64,000 nt of DNA. Source: Patescibacteria group bacterium. GTDB taxonomy: Bacteria; Patescibacteriota; WWE3; UBA101185; UBA10185. Of this stretch, positions 8,292 through 18,202 are shown piece by piece. A program made the position numbers and the translations under genes. The stretch is from contig JBMORU010000001.1 of assembly GCA_049322215.1 (NCBI GenBank), positions 969,759 to 1,033,758 of the forward strand, given 5' to 3'. The notes below the pieces were generated by a model. That model was not told the origin of the DNA. It did not search any database and saw only the letters and a list, made by a program, of their open reading frames with translations. Positions within the stretch are counted from its first letter, which is position 1, and every line of letters starts with the position of its first letter.

Positions 8292-10309
8292 TGAATTTAA
8301 AGTCTTCAGTAAACTTAGTACCTAAAATAGGGCCTAAATATCAAAAGCTTTTAAATAAACTAGAAATATACAAAGTAGAGGATTTGCTTTACCACTTTCC
8401 TTTTAGATACGAGGATTACTCAAAAGTAAGCAAAGTTTCAGAATTAATACCTAATGCTGATGTAACTATAAAAGCGCAAATAGTTAGTGCTCAAAATATT
8501 TTTACTAAAAACCGAAAAAGAATAACAAAAGCAATCGCACTAGACGAAACAGGTGAGTTAGAACTTATTTGGTTTAACCAACATTACATAAAAAAGGCTC
8601 TATTAATAGGTGAAGAATATTACATAAGTGGAAAAGTAGGAACTTTTAGCTATAAACCCGCAATTATAAGTCCACAACTAGAACTTGTAGAAAAGGGGAA
8701 AACACTTAATACAGGAAGAATTGTACCTGTTTACCCTGAAACAAAAGGGCTTACTTCGAAGTGGATTAGAGATAAAATAGATTTTTTGCTAAATAAAATA
8801 ATAAGCATTGAAGAAATATTGCCAAAAGAGTTACTTGAAGAAAATAATTTCCCAACAATAAAAGCAGCACTAAGAAATATGCATTTTCCGAAAATATTAA
8901 GAGATGCTGAAGAAGCAAAAAAAAGATTCGCCTTTGAGGAGTTACTAACAGAACTTTTGAGAGTAGAGCATAGAAAGCATATTTGGCACCAAAAAATGGA
9001 AGGAGTGCCACTTAAAGTAGATGAGTATAAAAAAGAAATCGAAACTTTTGAAAATAGTTTGCCGTTTGAATTAACTTCATCACAAAAAAACGCGGTAAGA
9101 GAAATATTTGAAGAAATGCAAGGTCAGCACCCTATGAATAGATTACTTGAAGGGGATGTTGGCACTGGAAAAACGGTTGTTGCTGTAGCAGCGGCATACC
9201 TAGCGTACTTAAATGGCTTTAAAACGCTTTATATGGCTCCCACAGAAATTTTAGCGCAACAACACTACAAAAACTTTATTCAATATTTAGAACCTTTTAA
9301 AGTAAAAATAGAACTTAAGACCGGGAGTAAAAAAACTAATTTAAATAATACAGAGTTTGATATAGCCATTGGAACCCATGCCTTATTATTTACAGAAGAC
9401 GCATTAGAAAAAGTGGGGCTTGTAGTTATAGATGAACAACACCGATTTGGAGTAAAGCAACGCGCAAAACTAGCTTCGTTAAGTAACGAAACAAAGGCAC
9501 CAAATATTTTAACAATGACTGCAACACCTATTCCTAGAACGTTAGCTTTGACTCTTTATGGAGATTTGTCTATTTCAACACTAGATGTTCCGCCAAATAA
9601 AGACAAAAAAATAACCACAAAGGTGGTGCCTGATTCTAAAAGACTTTCTGCATACAAATGGATTAAAAGCAAAGGTGAACCTACATTTATTGTTTGCCCT
9701 TTAATTGAAGAATCTGAGCATGAAATGCTAGAAAATGTTAAAGCCGCTGAAGCTGAATACGAAAAGCTTTCTAAAGGTATTTTTAAAGATATATCGGTGG
9801 GGTTACTACATGGGCGAATGAAACCTGCAGAGAAAAAAGAAATTGTAGATAAATTCAGAGCAGGGGAATATAAAGTGCTAATTTCTACTCCCGTAATTGA
9901 GGTAGGAATAGATATTCCTGATGCAACAATAATAGTAATAGAAAGTGCAGAGCGTTATGGACTTGCCTCGCTGCACCAATTAAGAGGGCGTGTTGGTAGA
10001 GGAAAAAAAGAGGGATTCTGTTTGCTTTTTCAATCTAACTATTCAAAAAAGGCTTATGCACGCTTAAAAAACTTGGAAAAAATTAATTCAGGCTTAAAAC
10101 TTGCAGAAATAGACATGAAGTACCGAGGGCAAGGTGACGTATTTGGCACTATGCAAAGCGGAATTAAAAGTTTTAAAGTGGCAGATATTGGCAATTTAAA
10201 AATGATCGAAGATACTAAAAAAGCTGCACAAAAATATTATCCAAAGTTGCATAATTACCCACTATTAGAACAAAAAATAAAAGTGTCAGATGAAGTTATA
10301 AATAATTGA
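8291..10309 (+). CDS. recG: ATP-dependent DNA helicase RecG
   Basis: Wedge domain N-terminus, helicase motifs GDVGTGKT and DEQHRFG, size 672 aa. Confidence 0.85.
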   Translation: MNLKSSVNLVPKIGPKYQKLLNKLEIYKVEDLLYHFPFRYEDYSKVSKVSELIPNADVTIKAQIVSAQNIFTKNRKRITKAIALDETGELELIWFNQHYIKKALLIGEEYYISGKVGTFSYKPAIISPQLELVEKGKTLNTGRIVPVYPETKGLTSKWIRDKIDFLLNKIISIEEILPKELLEENNFPTIKAALRNMHFPKILRDAEEAKKRFAFEELLTELLRVEHRKHIWHQKMEGVPLKVDEYKKEIETFENSLPFELTSSQKNAVREIFEEMQGQHPMNRLLEGDVGTGKTVVAVAAAYLAYLNGFKTLYMAPTEILAQQHYKNFIQYLEPFKVKIELKTGSKKTNLNNTEFDIAIGTHALLFTEDALEKVGLVVIDEQHRFGVKQRAKLASLSNETKAPNILTMTATPIPRTLALTLYGDLSISTLDVPPNKDKKITTKVVPDSKRLSAYKWIKSKGEPTFIVCPLIEESEHEMLENVKAAEAEYEKLSKGIFKDISVGLLHGRMKPAEKKEIVDKFRAGEYKVLISTPVIEVGIDIPDATIIVIESAERYGLASLHQLRGRVGRGKKEGFCLLFQSNYSKKAYARLKNLEKINSGLKLAEIDMKYRGQGDVFGTMQSGIKSFKVADIGNLKMIEDTKKAAQKYYPKLHNYPLLEQKIKVSDEVINN

Positions 10310-10377
10310 GTATAGGGTATTGTCATAAAGTGAAAACTCCTAAATTTACATAAATAAAGCCTTTTCCTATGCTCCAA

Positions 10378-10390
10378 CCTATAGTATAAT
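10378..10390 (+). promoter_or_regulatory. CCTATAGTATAAT promoter element, copy 2
   Basis: Exact 13-mer, 43 nt upstream of the ATG at 10434. Confidence 0.5.
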
Positions 10391-10433
10391 TAGGCAACTA
10401 TCTGATAAACCAATACAAAAGGAGTACCTTACT

Positions 10434-11366
10434 ATGTACTTTAACAAAAAAATCACGACTTTGCTTTTATGGCTGCTTTTGATTATTTTGATGGCAGCAT
10501 GTGGAAGTGCGGACGATGCGGCAAGTGCTTTGCGCACGGCTGCGGATGCGGTAGAAAGCGTAGGTGAGGCCTCAGAAGATGTTAATGAACTAATTAATAA
10601 TCTTCAACAACCACCTCAAGCAAATAACACTGCACAAACAACCACAACAGACACTACAGGAACAACCGAACAACCCCAAAGTACGCCTGCAACACAAACA
10701 TGTAGTGGACAGGTTCAGTTCAACAACACAACCAGCATGGAGCTCTATGAGCATTACCCTGAGCTTGTCAACATGCAACCTACTCAGGCCAACACACTAA
10801 GCACATCATTTGGGCAGCTGGTATTTTACAACTACACCAACGTCCAAATCGACATGCAGGCCATTTCCAGTGCAGTCGAAAAACTGTACAGCATGGTAGG
10901 TAAGCAGGCTTTTCGGCTAAATACTGGAGGTACACCATACTGCCTTGTTGCAAAATCGTTCCCTAGTAGAACGTTGGTTATTGTTCCTCGCGAAATCGGC
11001 CGTTCGGAACTGACACCTGCGCAAAGCCACACCAACGCGGGCACATTTTTGGCAAGCAACGGCGCGTTTTCTTTCGTGTACTTTGAAAGGGGTTTCGAAG
11101 AAAGAGCCGATCAGGCAGTAAACATGGCAGCCATATTCACAGAGCTATGCAACGTACACCTGGGCATTGTAAGTCCATATTACGATGCAGAGGGTCCAGA
11201 CTGGTTCTGCAATGATTACATTGTGGGAAGCACGTTTAAAATTTTTGGCTTAGAAAGCGACACCAACGGTATTGCAACCAGGGCTAAAAACAACGGTGCT
11301 GACAATTTCTTCTATGTAGTCGATTTTAATGACTATATGGACACGGCACTGTTTAACATCGACTAA
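10434..11366 (+). CDS. lipoprotein, paralog A (310 aa; lipobox MAAC), GC-rich
   Basis: Signal peptide plus Cys. Shares motifs with the next two genes: MELYEHYPELVNMQP, LVIVPREIG, ELCN, DWFCNDY. I counted about 63% GC in 10501-10560. Confidence 0.6.
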   Translation: MYFNKKITTLLLWLLLIILMAACGSADDAASALRTAADAVESVGEASEDVNELINNLQQPPQANNTAQTTTTDTTGTTEQPQSTPATQTCSGQVQFNNTTSMELYEHYPELVNMQPTQANTLSTSFGQLVFYNYTNVQIDMQAISSAVEKLYSMVGKQAFRLNTGGTPYCLVAKSFPSRTLVIVPREIGRSELTPAQSHTNAGTFLASNGAFSFVYFERGFEERADQAVNMAAIFTELCNVHLGIVSPYYDAEGPDWFCNDYIVGSTFKIFGLESDTNGIATRAKNNGADNFFYVVDFNDYMDTALFNID

Positions 11367-11374
11367 TCTATTAC

Positions 11375-11421
11375 GGGATCTAAAGTTTGTTAAAAAAAAC
11401 AAACCTTAGGTCCCTTTTTTT
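11375..11421 (+). terminator. intrinsic terminator (GGGATCTAAAGTTTGTT ... AACAAACCTTTAGGTCCC + T7)
   Basis: Imperfect inverted repeat plus T-run after paralog A. Confidence 0.6.
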
Positions 11422-11442
11422 GTAGGTTTGCTTTATACCAAG

Positions 11443-11455
11443 CCTATAGTATAAT
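11443..11455 (+). promoter_or_regulatory. CCTATAGTATAAT promoter element, copy 3
   Basis: Exact 13-mer, 56 nt upstream of the ATG at 11512. Confidence 0.5.
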
Positions 11456-11511
11456 AGGTTAACGCATTTTTATAACTAAATAACACCGCTCAAACAAGGA
11501 GTTAGGTACAA

Positions 11512-12522
11512 ATGAAAAAAGCAATTGCTTTAGCTTCGCTAATGTTTTTATGGCTGTTAACAGCATGTGCAACAGGGGATGCAAGTTCGTCAAAAAGTGC
11601 AACTGACACTATTTTGGATGAAATTGCGGCAAACATCGTGGAAAGTGATTCTAAGCCTTCAACTGGCCAATTTCCACCACCTCCGCAGGCACCACCTTTA
11701 AATACAAACGCAAGTGGGGATTCAAACAGGGCTGCTTTGACATTGCCAACCACATCTGTGACAAATGCCGTGCCAAATACTACTGAGGTTCCGGCATACG
11801 GTTTGAGGTACGTTTCGTTTGAGAGCATGGAATCTTCAAACGTAGATATGTACGCTCATTTTCCTGCGCTGCATAACTATACCCCGTGGCAAAACTTTAC
11901 AGTAACCTCGGGGGGAATTAGCGTTACATTCGTTAATTTCAACCAAAGCATTAACCTCAACCAAAATGTACTACAACACTTTTTGGATGGGTTAGCTACA
12001 GCATCACAAAGTTGGGTGAATGTTACCAGCGTTGACGGTACCACATACGACCTGCGCATTTCAAAGTCCCAGAGCATTACTGTTATGGTTGCTCCGTACG
12101 ACATAGGTACATCTGATCTTATGAGTGATGAACATACGCTTGGTAACTACCCCGAACAACGCATTCAGGGATACTCGTTAATAACTGGAAGTGGTATTCT
12201 TGGCGTGGTAAAAAGCGATGGTGGAAACGGAACAAATGACTTAATTTTAACTGAAGCATGCAACAGCTTCATTGATTTAAGTCCCAATGGCTTTTACGCA
12301 GAAGATATGGAAATCGCCATTTACAGCAACACCTCTATTGTTCCTGGGGACGCGTTTTGTAACATGTATGCACGCTCTAGCTCTTACACTTCTGGAGGAC
12401 ATGTTACAAATCACCAAGAGCTGTACAGCTTTATGAGCACGCTTACTGTTTTTGGTTACCAGTACATGTATTTGCCTGAGCAATTATTTGGCGGGTACAT
12501 AACACAGTATGTAACAAACTAA
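11512..12522 (+). CDS. lipoprotein, paralog B (336 aa; lipobox LTAC)
   Basis: Motifs VDMYAHFPALHNYTP, ITVMVAPYDIG, TEACNSF, DAFCNMYA. Confidence 0.6.
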   Translation: MKKAIALASLMFLWLLTACATGDASSSKSATDTILDEIAANIVESDSKPSTGQFPPPPQAPPLNTNASGDSNRAALTLPTTSVTNAVPNTTEVPAYGLRYVSFESMESSNVDMYAHFPALHNYTPWQNFTVTSGGISVTFVNFNQSINLNQNVLQHFLDGLATASQSWVNVTSVDGTTYDLRISKSQSITVMVAPYDIGTSDLMSDEHTLGNYPEQRIQGYSLITGSGILGVVKSDGGNGTNDLILTEACNSFIDLSPNGFYAEDMEIAIYSNTSIVPGDAFCNMYARSSSYTSGGHVTNHQELYSFMSTLTVFGYQYMYLPEQLFGGYITQYVTN

Positions 12523-12528
12523 TATACA

Positions 12529-12573
12529 GGTTCAACTTTTAGGAAAAATCCCTACAAGTTGAACCTTTTTTTT
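12529..12573 (+). terminator. intrinsic terminator (GGTTCAACTT ... AAGTTGAACC + T8)
   Basis: Perfect 10-bp stem plus T-run. Confidence 0.7.
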
Positions 12574-12605
12574 ACTTAAAAGAAAAACCTTTTCACGTGC
12601 AAGAG

Positions 12606-12618
12606 CCTATAGTATAAT
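12606..12618 (+). promoter_or_regulatory. CCTATAGTATAAT promoter element, copy 4
   Basis: Exact 13-mer, 44 nt upstream of the ATG at 12663. Confidence 0.5.
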
Positions 12619-12662
12619 ATGGAAATTGCTTACCCAATAAACTAACTAGAAGGAGATTTAAA

Positions 12663-13493
12663 ATGAAAGGTAAAGCAACTCTGTATGTAGTAATACTGCT
12701 TCTCGTGGTAGCGTTGTTAAGCGGATGTACCAATGAAGAGGCTGTTTCGACTTTGACAACTGTAATTGAGGATGCAACAGGCAGTACTCAAGTAGAAAAC
12801 ACAAATCCAGACCAAGGCGGCACTATAAATGTTAGTGGCACGGCCAACCTGGATATTTATGCACACTATCCACAGTTGGCTAATGTGACTCCATTAGAGG
12901 ATTTCACGCTTACATCACCTGCAAGCTACGGTTATTCCGTACGCATTGTGAATTACAGCCATTTATCTGTAAACTCCGCTGCGGCCGGTCAATACCTTGA
13001 CTTGTTGCACTGGTTTGCGTGGAACAAAGTCACAGCTTTGGATATGAAAAATGTTGACCATTATATTTACATAAAGAATGTGCCAACTACCCAGCATGTT
13101 TTAGTAATTGTGCCCCAAGAAGTAGGTGCTTCGGTACTTATGCCAGAAGGAAACAATGTTAGAGGGGGCACACAAACTGGCACAAACGGTACGTTTGCAT
13201 TTTCTATGTTTAACGCGCAAACGCTTGATGTAAGCGAAAAAGGCAAAAATGAACTGAGGTTACTAGTTGAATTATGCAACTCATTCATTGGTGCCGGCAA
13301 TAATGGTTACAACTCTGGAGAAAGCGATGCTTTTTGCAATTCATATGCTACTGCTACGGTGCTAAAAGCGTTTGGTCTCAAACAAAATCTACAAGAAGTA
13401 ATTGACGCCTCTAAAGATGGCCAGTGGGGAAGTTATACCTTTATGTATATCAACTCCTGGGACGCATATATAGGCGCGCAAGTAACTAACTAA
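12663..13493 (+). CDS. lipoprotein, paralog C (276 aa; lipobox LSGC)
   Basis: Motifs LDIYAHYPQLANVTP, VLVIVPQEVG, VELCNSF, DAFCNSYA. Confidence 0.6.
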   Translation: MKGKATLYVVILLLVVALLSGCTNEEAVSTLTTVIEDATGSTQVENTNPDQGGTINVSGTANLDIYAHYPQLANVTPLEDFTLTSPASYGYSVRIVNYSHLSVNSAAAGQYLDLLHWFAWNKVTALDMKNVDHYIYIKNVPTTQHVLVIVPQEVGASVLMPEGNNVRGGTQTGTNGTFAFSMFNAQTLDVSEKGKNELRLLVELCNSFIGAGNNGYNSGESDAFCNSYATATVLKAFGLKQNLQEVIDASKDGQWGSYTFMYINSWDAYIGAQVTN

Positions 13494-13501
13494 TAACTAA
13501 A

Positions 13502-13556
13502 GGCCAAAAGAGTAAATCCACTCATAATGGAAATTCATTCTTTTGGCTTTTTTTTC
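13502..13556 (+). terminator. intrinsic terminator (GGCCAAAAGA ... TCTTTTGGC + T9)
   Basis: Inverted repeat plus T-run. Confidence 0.65.
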
Positions 13557-13588
13557 GCTTAAACACAACAATCTGTTAAAATACCCCC

Positions 13589-14143
13589 ATGTCTAGAATT
13601 ACATCAGGCACCGCAAAAGGAAAAAACTTAATAGTTCCTAATATTGAAAATATTAGACTCCCACAAGACAAATTTAAATTGGCTTTATTTTCTATACTTG
13701 CAGATAAAGTAAAAGGCGCCGATTGTTTAGATTTATACGCAGGAAGTGGAAGTTTGGGTCTTGACGCATTAAGCAGAGGAGCACAATCATGCGACTTTGT
13801 AGATACAGATAGAAAAGCAATAGATGCTATAGAAAAAAATATGTTCGATTTAGGTTTTACAGGTAGAGGAGAAATAATTCAGGATGACGCTGTGAAATAT
13901 GTTGCAAATACAAGTGTAACTTACGACATTATTTTTGCAGATCCATTTTTTGATGACGTAAAACATAGGTTTTTAATGCAAAATATGGAAGAAATTTTGA
14001 ACCCAAATGGGGTAATTTGTTTTTCACACGGAAAAGAGTTAGATATAGAAGATGTTATTAAAAACACTAAACTTGAGATTTTCACCACTCGAAAATATAA
14101 CAATGCGTTTCTTACAATTTTAAAAGCAACTGCCACAAGCTAA
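13589..14143 (+). CDS. rsmD: 16S rRNA (guanine966-N2)-methyltransferase RsmD family
   Basis: LDLYAGSGSLGLDALSRGA SAM motif and DPPF-like ADPFF. Confidence 0.7.
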   Translation: MSRITSGTAKGKNLIVPNIENIRLPQDKFKLALFSILADKVKGADCLDLYAGSGSLGLDALSRGAQSCDFVDTDRKAIDAIEKNMFDLGFTGRGEIIQDDAVKYVANTSVTYDIIFADPFFDDVKHRFLMQNMEEILNPNGVICFSHGKELDIEDVIKNTKLEIFTTRKYNNAFLTILKATATS

Positions 14144-14225
14144 AACACACAAATTTATATTTAAAAAATAAAAAAAGAGGCTTGGAGTGTACTGTTTAAT
14201 TTGTACAAACCAAACCTCATGTTAT

Positions 14226-14912
14226 TTAGGCACCATAAGATGCAGTAGTACCCAAAGGATCAAGCTGACCGTAAATATTTTGCATTTCCTGAAGGGCAGC
14301 ACGGGCGCGTGTAATACGATGGTTACCGGCAGAAGGTTTAACATCAGGAAGTGCTAAGTGGGCGTGTGTGTCCACATGCTCTATCATCTGCGTTGTAACC
14401 AACATCAAGACCCTAATCTGGAAAATGGCACACTCTGTTGATACAGTTATTTGTTGTGCACCAAAGCCTTTCCCAATCGATGCATTTAAACCCCGGGCTA
14501 TTCCCAAAATGTACTCAGCAGCCTCATCCATTAGGGGTTGATGCGTTCGAGTAAGCACTGGACCTAAATCAACGACAGTGTTAAGGGCTAGACCCAACAC
14601 GTTGATACGCTGCTCAGATTCCGTTTTTGACAAATTATGCCCGGTGGTAGGAAAAACAGACAAAACTGTGTCTACCAGCGCTATAACAGCCCATTCAAAC
14701 GCTTCAAGCACTCTTTGAGCATCTGGGTTATTTTTAGCTGCATACTCACGCATTCTGTTTCGAGCAATTTTAATTTTTTTGTAGAATTTCATTCCCTTTG
14801 CATCTTCTGGGGGTTCGTCATCTACAGAAAAAGTTAAAAGCCAAAACAGAGTTGAGAGCGCAGTTAAATTAAATGCACCCCGCAACAAATTACCTATTGT
14901 AAGCCTCTTCAT
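14226..14912 (-). CDS. hypothetical protein with an N-terminal TM/signal segment, GC-rich
   Basis: RBS AAGGAGAATGAGTTAAATG. A CTATAGGG(tgc)TATAAT promoter-like element lies upstream on the minus strand at about 14967-14990. I counted about 53% GC in 14281-14340. Confidence 0.5.
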   Translation of the reverse strand: MKRLTIGNLLRGAFNLTALSTLFWLLTFSVDDEPPEDAKGMKFYKKIKIARNRMREYAAKNNPDAQRVLEAFEWAVIALVDTVLSVFPTTGHNLSKTESEQRINVLGLALNTVVDLGPVLTRTHQPLMDEAAEYILGIARGLNASIGKGFGAQQITVSTECAIFQIRVLMLVTTQMIEHVDTHAHLALPDVKPSAGNHRITRARAALQEMQNIYGQLDPLGTTASYGA

Positions 14913-15024
14913 ATTAACTCATTCTCCTTGCAATATTTGATTTTGATGATAATTATATCAGTGCTGTATTATAGCACCCTATAGTAATGAAGATCAACAT
15001 TGTAAAAAGGGTTGGGGGCTTAAG

Positions 15025-15678
15025 TTAGCTATAACGTTCTTCAAGCCAAGGGTCACCATGGTTGTTATAACCGCGAACTTCCCAAAAGCCAGGTTCATCA
15101 TGCTTTAAAAAGGTAATTTTGTTTAAAAATTTTGCAGACTTCCAGCCATATAAATGGGGGACTAACATGCGAACAGGGCCACCATGCAATGTAGGTATAG
15201 TTTCACCTTCTAGCTCGTAAGCAACTAAAACATCTTCTTTTAAACATTCTTCTATAGGTAAGTTGGTAGTGTAATCATCTCTACTGCTAAAAACTACAAA
15301 CCTGGCGCTAGGCTTAGGTTTTACTAATTTTGCAATTTCCAAAAAGCTTACACCTTTCCAGGTTAAATCGTAACGTGACCACCTAGTAACACAATGAAAA
15401 TCTTTTGTAACTTCTACCGAAGGAAGCGCTAAAAGTGAGGCTTGCTTTAAAATTACAGGATTTTCCACCTCACCATCTATCGTCAAAGTAAAATCTTGAA
15501 AGTCTAAATGAGGACGAACCCCTAGATCAAGTACAGGAAAACCATCTGTAAGGTACTGGCCAGGAGGTAACCTGTTTGTACTACGCTTTTTTTGACCTAT
15601 TAATCCAAACTTTTCAGCTGCTTTTTTAATTTTTGCCGAAATTAAAAACTCATTGTATGCATCGTTAGGTAAGTTCAT
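15025..15678 (-). CDS. molybdopterin-dependent oxidoreductase, short sulfite-oxidase-family (YuiH/MsrP-like catalytic domain)
   Basis: HCVTRWS motif, ...TLHGGPVRMLVPHLYGWKSAKF..., and no signal peptide. Confidence 0.55.
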   Translation of the reverse strand: MNLPNDAYNEFLISAKIKKAAEKFGLIGQKKRSTNRLPPGQYLTDGFPVLDLGVRPHLDFQDFTLTIDGEVENPVILKQASLLALPSVEVTKDFHCVTRWSRYDLTWKGVSFLEIAKLVKPKPSARFVVFSSRDDYTTNLPIEECLKEDVLVAYELEGETIPTLHGGPVRMLVPHLYGWKSAKFLNKITFLKHDEPGFWEVRGYNNHGDPWLEERYS

Positions 15679-15701
15679 TTGTATTAATTTTATCAGATGC
15701 T

Positions 15702-17135
15702 ATGATTTTCATAGTGCTCAAAATTTATAAAAAAACAAAAATAATATCTACATTAGGTCCCGCTTCGGAAGACCCCCAGAAAATAAAAAAACTAATTGAA
15801 AGTGGTGTAAATGTATTTAGGTTTAACATGAAGCATGGAACAGTTGAATGGCATGAGAATGCTATAGAGAAAGTTCAGAAAATAGCAAATGAACTAGAGT
15901 ACTCGCTTGGAATTTTAATTGACTTACAAGGGCCTGAAATAAGAATACAAACAAAAAATGGTGAGGAGTTAGAAATAAAAGAAGGACAGGAAATAATTTT
16001 TACACATGTATTTAAAAACGACAACGACCTTATTAGAATCCCACATAAGTCTTTTTTTGATGCGCTAGAAGAAGGAGATAAGTTTTCAATTGACGATGGC
16101 TTTATAAGATTTGTTGTTACAAAAAAAGAAACAAACCGCCTAACTGCAGGAACATTAGATGACGCTATAGTAAAAAATAACAAGGGGTTAAATTTAGTTG
16201 GTAAAGATATAGATTTGCCATCAATGATTGACGATGATATTGAGAGATTACATCTTGCAGTAAGAAAAAAAGTAGACTATGTGGCATTATCTTTTGTAAG
16301 AACAAAACATGATGTCATTGCGTTAAAACAGGAAATGAAGCGAAAGAAAATTAATGCTCAAATAGTATCAAAAGTAGAAAGCCAAAAAGGACTTGATAAT
16401 ATTGAAGAAATAATTGATGAATCCGATGTAGTAATGATTGCAAGAGGAGACTTAGGTATTGAAGTTCCTATGGAACAAATTACATATCATCAAAAGCAAA
16501 TTATTAATAAATGTAGGCTAGCGCATAAACCTGTAATTGTTGCTACACAAATGCTGCAGTCAATGATTGAATACCCATTACCTACACGTGCAGAAGCGAC
16601 AGATGTTGCTAATGCCGTTTTTGACGGAACTGATGCGGTAATGCTTTCGGGCGAAACTGCAACAGGAAAATACCCATTAAAAGCGGTAGAGGCTATGAGT
16701 AAAATTTTGGCGTTTAACGAAGAAAAGGCAGAGGTCACAAAATTTAACACTATTCCAACAAATGCCACAGAATTAATAGTTAGAGCTGCCGAAGATATAG
16801 CAGAACATGCTTTTGAACCTAAAACCAAATTTATTGTAGTGTTTACAGAAACTGGATATACCGCAAAAGTTTTATCCAGTTTTAGACCTAAAATCCCTAT
16901 TATTGCAGTTACGCATAATCAAAAAACTGTAGAAACACTGACGCTTTCTTATGGTGTAACCCCTGTAAAAGTTAAATTTCCCAAAAGCGGCAGATTAATT
17001 TCCCCCGATGCAGTTTTACAAAAAATAAAAGAGTTAAAACTAGTACATAAAGGGGACAACATTCTTTTAATCCACGGACAACATTGGCAAAAACCAGGTC
17101 AAACCAACGCTATAGTATTTTTGCCTGTAGAATAA
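15702..17135 (+). CDS. pyk: pyruvate kinase
   Basis: KTKIISTLGPAS, NVFRFNMKHG and MIARGDLGIEVP motifs. Confidence 0.85.
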   Translation: MIFIVLKIYKKTKIISTLGPASEDPQKIKKLIESGVNVFRFNMKHGTVEWHENAIEKVQKIANELEYSLGILIDLQGPEIRIQTKNGEELEIKEGQEIIFTHVFKNDNDLIRIPHKSFFDALEEGDKFSIDDGFIRFVVTKKETNRLTAGTLDDAIVKNNKGLNLVGKDIDLPSMIDDDIERLHLAVRKKVDYVALSFVRTKHDVIALKQEMKRKKINAQIVSKVESQKGLDNIEEIIDESDVVMIARGDLGIEVPMEQITYHQKQIINKCRLAHKPVIVATQMLQSMIEYPLPTRAEATDVANAVFDGTDAVMLSGETATGKYPLKAVEAMSKILAFNEEKAEVTKFNTIPTNATELIVRAAEDIAEHAFEPKTKFIVVFTETGYTAKVLSSFRPKIPIIAVTHNQKTVETLTLSYGVTPVKVKFPKSGRLISPDAVLQKIKELKLVHKGDNILLIHGQHWQKPGQTNAIVFLPVE

Positions 17136-17195
17136 TTACCTGTTATAATAATACTCACAAAAATAATTGTTAAACCCATAACATGGAGGAATAAA

Positions 17196-17411
17196 ATGAG
17201 TTTCAGTCATTTGATGCTGCAAGAAAATACTGTTAAACACTTTAAGGGGCAATTGGGTAACGAGGCAGTTGGGTTGAAGTTTAAAATGATTAAAAAAAAT
17301 GGTAGACCCGCCAACCTCGTTTTCACCGTAACCGAGGTGAAAAATTTTGGTTTTTGGACTGACAAAAGTATGCTCATTGCCGACGACATTTTGATTCAGA
17401 TAGTGGGCTAA
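17196..17411 (+). CDS. hypothetical small protein (71 aa), with its own promoter and terminator
   Basis: Extended -10 TGTTATAAT at about 17143-17152, RBS GGAGGAATAAAATG, and a hairpin plus T-run at about 17412-17470. Confidence 0.5.
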   Translation: MSFSHLMLQENTVKHFKGQLGNEAVGLKFKMIKKNGRPANLVFTVTEVKNFGFWTDKSMLIADDILIQIVG

Positions 17412-17595
17412 CCAATAGGGGATCTCTAACAAAAGTGAAAACACTTTTTGCTAGAAATCCCTTTTTTTTGTTTATAACAAATAGGTTGACAAATAAGGCA
17501 ATCATAACCTATATTACCCCAGCAAGGAGTTATTGATTTAACTTCTAAAATGCACTACCATGGTTTTAAGTGCAATGAAAGGATTTTTATAAAAA

Positions 17596-17745
17596 ATGCC
17601 AGTACCAAAACGTAGACATAGTAAAGGTAGAACAAGAAGAAAAAGGAATAGCCACTTTTTTAGAAAAGTGGTGCATACTGTTAAGTGCAAAAAATGTGGC
17701 GCTGAAAAGCTTCCTCATATAGTATGCACTCAGTGTGAACAATAA
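17596..17745 (+). CDS. rpmF: 50S ribosomal protein L32 (49 aa)
   Basis: MPVPKRRHSKGRTRRKR...CKKCGAEKLPHIVCTQC; below the ORF-track size cutoff. Confidence 0.8.
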   Translation: MPVPKRRHSKGRTRRKRNSHFFRKVVHTVKCKKCGAEKLPHIVCTQCEQ

Positions 17746-17776
17746 CAAAGTTTGTTTGTTAGTTGAAAACTAGAAA

Positions 17777-18202
17777 ATGGGAGTAATAAATGATCCAAGA
17801 CATAACGCAAGAAAAATAGCACTAGCCGCAGTGTTTAGTTGGCTTTTTTCGGATACTGAAAGAGATCAAAGTCTTGAATTTTCAAAAGACTTACTAGAGT
17901 GTAGCGATTTTGACTCTTCTCTTACAAATTCCCTTATTAGTGGTATAAAACAGCATAGAGTACAGATAGATGGTATTGTTAAGGAATGTGCTCCTGAATG
18001 GCCCTTAGATAAAATATCTAAGGTAGATCTAGTTATATTAAGAATAGCAATTTACGAACTGCTATACAGTAAAAGTGCGCCTGAAAAAGTAATAATAGAC
18101 GAAGCCATTGAGCTTGCAAAAGAATTTGGCAATGACACGTCTAGTAAATTTGTAAACGGAGTACTTGGTACTGTTGCAGATAACAAAAAAAAGTATGAAT
18201 GA
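17777..18202 (+). CDS. nusB: transcription antitermination factor NusB
   Basis: 141 aa with the NusB signature [19 protein letters not shown]; ends with TGA. Confidence 0.8.
   Translation: MGVINDPRHNARKIALAAVFSWLFSDTERDQSLEFSKDLLECSDFDSSLTNSLISGIKQHRVQIDGIVKECAPEWPLDKISKVDLVILRIAIYELLYSKSAPEKVIIDEAIELAKEFGNDTSSKFVNGVLGTVADNKKKYE

Noticed and set aside
17136-17444. 102-aa minus-strand ORF overlapping the 17196-17411 plus-strand ORF.
   Set aside because: Only the plus-strand ORF has a promoter, a strong SD sequence and a terminator. The minus ORF has none and is treated as a shadow.
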